The translations under genes and the position numbers were made by a program. Source: Trichodesmium erythraeum IMS101 (GTDB lineage Bacteria > Cyanobacteriota > Cyanobacteriia > Cyanobacteriales > Microcoleaceae). Taken from it: DNA of 32,000 nt. The stretch covers positions 810,001-842,000 of the forward strand of contig NC_008312.1 in assembly GCF_000014265.1 (NCBI RefSeq). Reading direction: 5' to 3'. The stretch's first letter is position 1. Each line of letters starts with the position of its first letter. Under the pieces are notes generated by a model that saw only the letters and a program-made list of their open reading frames with translations, was not told the origin of the DNA and did no database searches. Positions 17,207 to 24,223 of this stretch are shown here, piece by piece.

Positions 17207-18897
17207 TAGTGATTTCCTATGATGGTGTTATATTTTTTTTGAATAGCTTTCTTTAGGCGATCGCCTAAATTAATACTGGAAGTTAATAGCTCTTGCAGGT
17301 AGCCAATTTGGCGAGTTGCTAATGATTGATTTACATGGGAATGTTGTAGATATCCTTGTACATATTGTATTGTTTTAATTAATTCCTTAACCTGAGATTC
17401 CGTCTGGAAGTATTCTAAGGCTAAGAGTATGATAGAATCACATCCTTGATGAATAAGGTTTTTAGCATCGTTAGCGGCAGTATTTTCTGGGTCGTTGATA
17501 CTATCTGTTAACTGCTGAAAACCATTTTTAATTTGTTCTACAGCAGTTTCAACTGTTTCTATATTGTCTCTTAAATGCTGGGATTTTTCGATATCTCTGG
17601 CAAATTTGACGTACTTAACAAAGGGTGGATAATTGCACTTTCCAGTGCGTCTTAGCTCGCTAAAAAATCCTCTTAACAGCTTCTTGTCCAGTTCTTGCAT
17701 GTCTGCTTGGTTGTTGTCTAAGCTAGAAATAGTCTTATTAATGAACACATCTCTGGCGTTAATTACTGCTGTACTTTTAGAAAGTTGAACATCTTCTCGT
17801 TTTGAATAAGAAATGGTGATCCAGATAGCTACAGTTGAGGTGATCACGGATATGCTCATAACAAATAGACTCTGTCCGAGGTCTGCCCACTGAAGGCTAA
17901 ATAATTTCTTGGTGAATAATACTATTGCTACTCTTGTTGCTTCTGTTCCAGATTTAATTTCTCCTTTTTCATTAAACCGTGAGTCATAAATTTTGGGTCT
18001 AACCGCTTTGAGGTAGACTAGATCACTACCATAGTTTTTGACTTCTTTTATTTTTTGCTGGTACTTTTCCTTGGGAACTTTGAGATCGTTATCCCTTATA
18101 GCTTCTAGCTCGTTAGCTTTAGGACATGCAGGCCATTGTTCTATGTCCTTGTTTTTATAGTAGCTATAACCGCCCAGGTTAAATCTATCTGCATATGGAC
18201 CATGAGCAGCTAGGTAGAGTTCATCCCTTTTGGGGTCGTTGGGGGGCAGTTGTTCGAGCTTACGCTCTAAGGTATCACATCTGTTGCGAGTTTTCTCCAG
18301 AGTTTTATTATTTTGAATATCTGAAATTTCCTTTTCCAAAGGTTCAAAAATAGATTCTTGAACTAACTGTTCTCCCAATTTTCGACTCAAACCGGATTGA
18401 TTTAATAGTAGTTCTGAACCGACTCCTGATGTGATGGTTAGGATGAGGTTGATGGCAATGAAACCGCTGCTACCAATTCGAGCAAAGCGTATGCTTATGG
18501 GTTGATTGGAGGCGGCACCGGTAGCGAGAGCGTTGCCTAGTTTAATTAGCCCTATGTTAGCCAATACAGCAATAGGCCAGGTGAGTATTCCCATGCTGTC
18601 GAACATAAAAATTAAGAATGGCAAGGTTGTGAATGCATTCCACCAATTGGCAAAGGTTGTAACGGAGGCTGTTACTAGAGAGGATTTTTCTAATTCTTTA
18701 GATACATAACCGGTGCCATGTAGTTCATTGGGATCGACGCAAACCAGATTTTTTAACCAATAACACCAGAAAAGAGGGTTCTTTTTAGAGGTTTTGTTCA
18801 CAGACTCTAGGTTTTCAAGCTGTGAGGGGCTTTGGAATTTTAGCCAAGAGATAATATTTTGAGTATTCGGTATTGTCGGTTGTTGTGGTAGTTTCAT
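17206..18897 (-). CDS. hypothetical membrane protein with a long coiled-coil region (DUF4407-like topology, unverified)
   Basis: 563-aa ORF with hydrophobic helices at about residues 85-125, 140-165 and 340-365. Charged heptad-like segments separate them, and the C-terminal ~190 aa are helical. I recognised no catalytic motif. The DUF4407 resemblance rests on topology only. Confidence 0.55.
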   Translation of the reverse strand: MKLPQQPTIPNTQNIISWLKFQSPSQLENLESVNKTSKKNPLFWCYWLKNLVCVDPNELHGTGYVSKELEKSSLVTASVTTFANWWNAFTTLPFLIFMFDSMGILTWPIAVLANIGLIKLGNALATGAASNQPISIRFARIGSSGFIAINLILTITSGVGSELLLNQSGLSRKLGEQLVQESIFEPLEKEISDIQNNKTLEKTRNRCDTLERKLEQLPPNDPKRDELYLAAHGPYADRFNLGGYSYYKNKDIEQWPACPKANELEAIRDNDLKVPKEKYQQKIKEVKNYGSDLVYLKAVRPKIYDSRFNEKGEIKSGTEATRVAIVLFTKKLFSLQWADLGQSLFVMSISVITSTVAIWITISYSKREDVQLSKSTAVINARDVFINKTISSLDNNQADMQELDKKLLRGFFSELRRTGKCNYPPFVKYVKFARDIEKSQHLRDNIETVETAVEQIKNGFQQLTDSINDPENTAANDAKNLIHQGCDSIILLALEYFQTESQVKELIKTIQYVQGYLQHSHVNQSLATRQIGYLQELLTSSINLGDRLKKAIQKKYNTIIGNH

Positions 18898-18917
18898 GAG
18901 TTGTGTTTTTTTGGTTT

Positions 18918-19300
18918 TATGGGTTTGATCAATTGGGTTGAGTGAGGAATATTTTTCTATCGGTGAGAAAATTGATTTTGTTGCAAAAATAATTTCATGG
19001 TTTTGTTTGGTTCGATTTTATAGCACTACCTATTTAAGGCGGTGGGCGGTAAATGCTGTTTACGAAGCATTGCTGTAGAAAGAATTTGTCTCAGGGATTA
19101 CTTTTGAATGCATTCTTGTGTTTAGCACTATATGGGTTTGATATAGTGAGTTGAGTTAGGGATATTTTTCTATCAACAGAAAATGAATTTTGTTGCAAAA
19201 ATAATTTTCTGGTTTTATTTTGTTGGGTTTTATAGCACTACCCATTTAGGGCAAGGGTCTTGGTAAGTCATGCTTGCGGAGCGTTTGCTTGGAAATACCG
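18918..19300. repeat. tandem direct duplication (2 x ~170 bp, period ~213 bp) of the leader/promoter region of the 17206-18897 operon
   Basis: Copy 1 spans 18918-19085 and copy 2 spans 19131-19300. Both share TATGGGTTTGAT...GTTGAGT.AGG.ATATTTTTCTATC...TTTTGTTGCAAAAATAATTT...TTTTATAGCACTACC.ATTTA.GGC, with about 80% identity over the first ~125 nt. The similarity also covers the CAT...TTGTGTTT immediately 5' of each copy. Confidence 0.8.
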
Positions 19301-19420
19301 AAATTTAATAAAGAATTATTTGCCTTAGAAACACTCAGCAATAAATGGATATATTTTTGAAGGGCTGAAAACCTGGTAGTTTTTTCGATAAAAAAAATGG
19401 TAATACCAATATGAATTCAT
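19289..19420 (+). pseudogene. fragment of an Rpn-family (PD-(D/E)XK, TIGR01784-type) nuclease gene
   Basis: Positions 19289-19362 are about 90% identical at the nucleotide level to 23513-23586 inside the intact Rpn gene, which encode LELPKFNKELSALETLSDKWIYF. Weaker protein-level similarity continues for ~60 nt (F.KGAENLV). There is no start codon, and stop codons interrupt the reading frame. Confidence 0.75.
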
Positions 19421-19609
19421 GCTTTTATTCGGCAAGCCCTAGTGAGCACCAAAAAACTTTTTTATAACTTTTACTTATTAATCAAAAAAATTAGATGATT
19501 AAAAATAATCAAAATACTTGCAACAACAAGGAAAAAACTCTGAGAGAAGAATATGGGCTTTAGGTTTTCTCTGAAAACTAAACAAAGTAGGAAGGGGCGA
19601 TAAGTAAAT

Positions 19610-20479
19610 ATGGTCAAAACCAAAAACACCCTTTTGTCTCATACTGATTTAGTAAAATCCTATTTGGACATTGAAGTACTAGGGCAAGTTATGACAAAAA
19701 ATTCTGACTCACAAGATGAGTATCTAGCTAAAATTAGGAATGTTTGTAATGGGAGTGCTGAAGATTTAGAACTATATGAGGCGATCGCTAACTTTTGTCG
19801 GCAAACCAATGATAGAAAGCGCCGTCTAGCATTTGTTCCTTTATTTAAGAAAATTGAAAAATTAAGAGGACTAAAAAAAGTTAGCAATTCTAGCGAGTAT
19901 TATCATGACTACCAAGATATATTGCAGGAGACTTGGGAAGAGTTTTACAAAAAGTTTCCCGCTGAGTTTGAACCTGCAGGCCAATCTTTAAAAGGAAGTT
20001 TGGTAACTTGGATTAACGAAAAACTGCGTTTGAGATACAAGGTAATAGACTTATATCCCAAGTCTAGAGATGACAATAAAGGAAATAAACCCTTAACCCC
20101 AAAACAGAGATTTAACCAAATAATCAGAAGTAAACCAAAATCTCTGGATGCTCCTAATAGTACCAATGATTTTGATAATGATTTGACCATTGGCGATTTC
20201 TTAGAGAGTGAGGACCCTGGACCTCTGGAGGAGGCTATTGGGGAAGAGCAAAAACAAAACATTAATATGTTCTTGGAAATAGTCAAGGATAGTAAATATC
20301 ATATGCGCAGCTGTCCCGAATGTACTTTTCAGGCTGTTGCTCAACGTCTTTTTTTTGAGGAACCTTCGAAAAATTTGAAGCAAGTTGCATTGGAGTTCGG
20401 AGTTAATTATAGTAGTTTACGGACTTTTTGGCTACGGACTTGTAAGAAAATTTCTCAGGAACTATCCCCAGAACTATAA
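19610..20479 (+). CDS. hypothetical protein, divergent ECF/sigma-70-like (region 2 and region 4 HTH) with an N-terminal extension
   Basis: In this 289-aa ORF, the block DYQDILQETWEEFYKKF...GSLVTWINEKLRLRYKVIDLY resembles sigma region 2. An acidic linker follows, then FQAVAQRLFFEEPSKNLKQVALEFGVNYSSLRTFWLRTCKKISQEL resembles the region 4 HTH. This is a pattern-level call only. Confidence 0.4.
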   Translation: MVKTKNTLLSHTDLVKSYLDIEVLGQVMTKNSDSQDEYLAKIRNVCNGSAEDLELYEAIANFCRQTNDRKRRLAFVPLFKKIEKLRGLKKVSNSSEYYHDYQDILQETWEEFYKKFPAEFEPAGQSLKGSLVTWINEKLRLRYKVIDLYPKSRDDNKGNKPLTPKQRFNQIIRSKPKSLDAPNSTNDFDNDLTIGDFLESEDPGPLEEAIGEEQKQNINMFLEIVKDSKYHMRSCPECTFQAVAQRLFFEEPSKNLKQVALEFGVNYSSLRTFWLRTCKKISQELSPEL

Positions 20480-20514
20480 CAAAATTTACAAGAATTAATT
20501 CAGGAGAAATAACT

Positions 20515-21303
20515 ATGCAAACAGAAACTTTTGGGCTAAAAATACCTATTACTGAAGATGCTCGCCGATACGCTGAAAAATTTGCCGCTGAACAAAAAGG
20601 TAAAGCTAAAAGAACTAAGGTTTATTTAAACACTTTAGCTGTATGTGCGGTGCATAATTTCCTAAAAATTGTGCAGATAGAAACTGATCTAGAAAATAGT
20701 AGCGCCTGGAACCCCATAGAGCGTCTTTGTTATGATATAGCAGATTTATTTATTCCCCACATAGATATTTCTGTGGAATGTCGCCCTGTATTACCAGACC
20801 AAGAAGAAATAACTTTGCCACCGGAAGTTAGACGGGATCGGCTCGGTTATGTTTTTGTTAGGTTTGATAATGATTTACAGGAAGCAGAATTATTGGGATT
20901 TTTGTCTATTATGGATCCAGATGATGATTTTGAAGATTTAGAATTAGAGGAGTTGGAGCCTTTGGAGAATTTCTTGACTGTCTTGGAGCGAGTTGAGTAT
21001 ATGTCTCAGGTTTATGAGGACCCTGTGTTTGCAAAGGTTGAGGAGTGTTTAAATATAAAATCTCGACTGGAGTTGGTCCTTCAGTTGGAAAAAATACACC
21101 GCATGGAACCGCACTATTCCCACACGGCGAAGGCGACTGCGGTATTTTATAATTATCGCCCAGAGAGCAATTTGGCGACCGCGAGCAGAAGCAAGGAGAA
21201 AGTTAATGAGTTCACTGATGAGGAGTTAGAACAATTGCGAGAATTAGGAGATTTAGCGGAGGCATTAATGGAGAAATTGGCGCAGGTTTTGCCACAGAAC
21301 TAA
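20515..21303 (+). CDS. DUF1822-family protein (cyanobacteria-restricted, function unknown)
   Basis: In this 262-aa ORF, the N-terminal LKIPITEDARRYAEKFAAEQ...KVYLNTLAVCAVHNFLK matches my recollection of the DUF1822 N-terminal consensus. It is shorter than the usual ~390 aa and has a strongly acidic central segment (DPDDDFEDLELEELEPLE). It lies 35 nt downstream of the sigma-like ORF. Confidence 0.55.
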   Translation: MQTETFGLKIPITEDARRYAEKFAAEQKGKAKRTKVYLNTLAVCAVHNFLKIVQIETDLENSSAWNPIERLCYDIADLFIPHIDISVECRPVLPDQEEITLPPEVRRDRLGYVFVRFDNDLQEAELLGFLSIMDPDDDFEDLELEELEPLENFLTVLERVEYMSQVYEDPVFAKVEECLNIKSRLELVLQLEKIHRMEPHYSHTAKATAVFYNYRPESNLATASRSKEKVNEFTDEELEQLRELGDLAEALMEKLAQVLPQN

Positions 21304-21345
21304 TGGAGATTAGGCGATCGCTCACATCGCTATCATCACAACTTT

Positions 21346-21373
21346 GTAGGGATGTTCGGTGCAACGTCCCTAC
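21346..21373 (+). terminator. REP-like palindromic hairpin downstream of the DUF1822 ORF
   Basis: GTAGGGATGT (21346-21355) pairs with ACGTCCCTAC (21364-21373), giving a 10-bp stem with one G-T pair and an 8-nt loop. It lies 43 nt after the stop codon and has no U-tract. It resembles the short GC-rich palindromic dispersed repeats common in filamentous cyanobacteria. Confidence 0.3.
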
Positions 21374-21587
21374 TGTGGTTTACGGATATGAAAACTGTTG
21401 TCAAAGAGATGTTATTTTAGAGTAAAGTGCTTAGTTTAATGCAACACTTCTGGGAGTTCTATTGATAGAGGTTGGATTACTTTTAAATCAGAACGGTTGT
21501 ATAGCTTTTATATTTAGCAAGTGCAACATTTTTTTATTTCCACGGATAGTTTAATTATCATGTGAAGTTATTAATATTTTTAAAAGT

Positions 21588-22475
21588 ATGAAAGTTAATT
21601 TTTCGGAAGTGAGCCAACGCCATATCTGCATTGCTCTATTTATATTTTGTTCTCTTTTACAACGTTCGATTTCTCCTTTATTTTTACTTCCTTTGTTGTT
21701 ACAAGAAAAACGTAATTTATTGGGACAAATTGCTGAGGTTAAATTTAATAACGATAATAATAATTTACAATTTTTACAGCAACACAGTCAACAACTGAAT
21801 AATTTAGAGCGTCAATTTCAAAAGGGACAAAAAACTGTTGATAAACTACAACATAAAGTTCAGACTCAGGACACTCGCCAGAATTTAATTTTATCTAAAA
21901 GTAGTAAGCAAAGTAATCAAATTTGTTTGTTGGAAGATCGGATTAATTCTATTCAGGAAAGGTTTAAGTCGGTGCCTTCAAAGGTTGTGCCGATTCAACG
22001 TCGTACCCTATTGGCAATTGATTCTGCAAATTTGGATGGTGCTGCTAAAAGTTTGAATATGAAGGTTGATTATGAAAGATTAAAACGCTATGTTAATGTT
22101 CATTTTGGTTCTCTGGAAGCTCGAATTTATGTGGGGAAGTATGATAATAGTTCTCGGCAGAAATTGTGGTTTAATTACTTAGAAAAAAATGGATATGTGG
22201 TGAAGACAAAGCCTGTTACGGTCTATGGAAATACAGTTAAGGCTAATGTTGATGTGGATTTGGCTTTGGATATTAGGGAGCATGGGGTGAATTTCAAAAA
22301 TGTGGTTTTATGTAGTGGGGATGGTGATTATTTGCCACTTGTTGAACAATTACAAGGGTTGGGTATTAAGGTGATAGTTCTTGCTTCCCCAGGACATACT
22401 AACCACTTTTTGCAAAGGCAAGCGGATGAGTATATTAGTTTGATTGATATTATGGGGGAAATTAGCGATCGCTAA
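21588..22475 (+). CDS. NYN-domain (LabA/DUF88-like, PIN-fold RNase) protein with an N-terminal Q-rich coiled coil
   Basis: In the C-terminal ~160 aa, LLAIDSANLDGAAK ... VDVDLALDI ... VLCSGDGDYLPLVEQLQGLGIKVIVL carry the conserved acidic residues of NYN/LabA domains. The start codon is uncertain, because the first ~40 codons are hydrophobic and low-complexity. Confidence 0.75.
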   Translation: MKVNFSEVSQRHICIALFIFCSLLQRSISPLFLLPLLLQEKRNLLGQIAEVKFNNDNNNLQFLQQHSQQLNNLERQFQKGQKTVDKLQHKVQTQDTRQNLILSKSSKQSNQICLLEDRINSIQERFKSVPSKVVPIQRRTLLAIDSANLDGAAKSLNMKVDYERLKRYVNVHFGSLEARIYVGKYDNSSRQKLWFNYLEKNGYVVKTKPVTVYGNTVKANVDVDLALDIREHGVNFKNVVLCSGDGDYLPLVEQLQGLGIKVIVLASPGHTNHFLQRQADEYISLIDIMGEISDR

Positions 22476-22684
22476 TCAATTATAGGTATAAATAAGTTAG
22501 GAAAAAGTAGGGGCAAATCGCAGTTTTACTGGTGGATATTAAACGCCCCTAAATGAGTCAGAATAGAAGAGGGGTAAGTTTTTTTATTACTAATTATTTC
22601 CATATAATATTATATCCTAATAATCCTTTAAAATGGTAATCAAAATTTAGTGGTTTTCTAAAAATTAGAGGAGGTAATTATCGA

Positions 22685-23020
22685 ATGGATATCATCAGTA
22701 AATATCAACAAATAATCGAGAAAATAATCGGCGACTATGCTAAGTTGCGCTATTCCTATAGCGAAGTAGAGAGAAGAACGGTTTTCGACCGAGAACAAAA
22801 GCATTATTTATTAATGATTTTGGGAGTGGAAGGTCATAAAATGGTTCATGGTTGCATACTTCATTTGGAAATTAGAGATGATAAAATTTGGATTCATCGC
22901 GACGGAACTGAAGATGGTATTGCAAGAGAATTGTTAGCAGAAGGAGTTCCCAAGGACAAAATTGTTTTGGGATTTTATACTCCTGAAAAACGCAAGATAA
23001 CTGATTTTGCAGTTTGTTAA
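22685..23020 (+). CDS. xisI: XisI-family protein (fdxN-element excision controlling factor-like)
   Basis: The 111-aa ORF has YQQIIEKIIGDYAKL ... HYLLMILGVEG.KMVHGCILHLEIRDDKIWIHRDGTEDGIARELLAEGVPKDKIVLGF, which is the typical XisI signature. A strong SD (GAGGAGG) is present. No xisH lies upstream. Confidence 0.85.
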   Translation: MDIISKYQQIIEKIIGDYAKLRYSYSEVERRTVFDREQKHYLLMILGVEGHKMVHGCILHLEIRDDKIWIHRDGTEDGIARELLAEGVPKDKIVLGFYTPEKRKITDFAVC

Positions 23021-23049
23021 TTTGATAAATATTTAAAGGAGAAAATTTT

Positions 23050-23985
23050 ATGAGATTTATTAGTCCGAAAACTGACTTTGCTTTTAAAAGAATCTTCGGT
23101 TCTAACCGCAGTCAAAAAATCCTGATTAGTTTTCTCAATGCTATAGTTTATGACAATCAAAATATTATCCAATCTCTAGAAATTATTGACCCCTATAATG
23201 CTGGCTATACTAGCACTATTAAGGATACTTATCTGGATGTGAGAGCTTTATTAGATAATGGTTCAACAGTTATTATTGAGATGCAAGTCTTAAACGTAGA
23301 AGGTTTTGAAAAACGAGTAATTTATAATTTGGCAAAAACCTATGGAAGTCAATTAAGTCTAAGAACGGAACAACCAAGATTACAACCATTTATAACCTTG
23401 ATAATTACGGATTTTTTGCTATTTCAAGAGAGTGGCAAAATGATTAATAAATTTAGATTTAAAGAAGACACAGAGTTCTTTAATTACCGAGATGAATTAA
23501 CTTTAATATTTTTGGAACTACCGAAATTTAATAAAGAATTATCTGCTTTAGAAACACTCAGCGATAAATGGATATATTTTCTTAAATCTGCTCCTAGTTT
23601 GGAGATAATACCCTCTTCATTGGGAGAAGTATCAGAAATAGAAGCAGCATTAAATATCGCTAACCGAGCTGATTTAAATAATCAAGAACTAGAGGAGTTA
23701 CATAAACAAGAAATATTTATTGGTGATAGACAAGGAGAGGTGATTTTAGCTAAACAAGAGGGCGTAAAAGAAGGAGAAGAACAAGGGAAAATTCAGCAAG
23801 CAATTAAACAAGTATTGCGTCTAGCTCGGCGAATATTGGGGGAAGTTTCACCGGAAATTCAGGCTCGAATACAACAGCTATCTTTAGAAAAATTAGATTT
23901 ATTAGCAGAAGAGATATTTGAACTGACTACTATGGAAAATCTGGTGAATTGGTTAGAGACTGGAACAGAAAGTTTGGAGAAATAG
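23050..23985 (+). CDS. Rpn-family recombination-promoting nuclease / putative transposase (PD-(D/E)XK, TIGR01784) with a DUF4351-like tail
   Basis: The 311-aa ORF has the N-terminal ISPKTDFAFKRIFG, the nuclease core YLDVRA...VIIEMQV and LELPKFNK...SDKWIYFLK. The C-terminal tail is IQARIQQLSLEKLDLLAEEIFEL..NLVNWL. Confidence 0.85.
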   Translation: MRFISPKTDFAFKRIFGSNRSQKILISFLNAIVYDNQNIIQSLEIIDPYNAGYTSTIKDTYLDVRALLDNGSTVIIEMQVLNVEGFEKRVIYNLAKTYGSQLSLRTEQPRLQPFITLIITDFLLFQESGKMINKFRFKEDTEFFNYRDELTLIFLELPKFNKELSALETLSDKWIYFLKSAPSLEIIPSSLGEVSEIEAALNIANRADLNNQELEELHKQEIFIGDRQGEVILAKQEGVKEGEEQGKIQQAIKQVLRLARRILGEVSPEIQARIQQLSLEKLDLLAEEIFELTTMENLVNWLETGTESLEK

Positions 23986-24105
23986 CTCCAGAAGTTCGGA
24001 CTCAAATAGAGGGGTTATTTCTAGAAAATTTTAGATTTTTTAGGTGATGATTTTTTTGATTTGATTTAGCAACTATGTTAGTTTGGAAGAACTACTTAAA
24101 TCAAT
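23973..24105 (+). pseudogene. degenerate, frame-shifted tandem copy of the Rpn C-terminal (DUF4351-like) segment
   Basis: Positions 23973-24105 align with 23836-23972 at about 65% nucleotide identity. Translated across three frames, the copy reads FGEIAPEVRTQIEGLFLENF / GDDFFDL / ATMLVWKNYL, against LGEVSPEIQARIQQLSLEKLDLLAEEIFELTTMENLVNWL in the intact gene. Confidence 0.65.
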
Positions 24106-24223
24106 AAATCAAATCGCTGAATATAGGGAGGGATTTATGATTTTACCTGACCTATGCGGAGTTTACTATAAGTAATATTAATTTCGCAAAATATATTACA
24201 ATTTTTTTATGTGAGTGAAGTTA

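Noticed and set aside
22476-22684. Looked for xisH upstream of xisI, since the two usually form a pair.
   Set aside because: No ORF or recognisable remnant is present. Only a weak long-loop inverted repeat (TAGGGGC...GCCCCTA at 22508-22551) is there, so XisI is reported as solitary.
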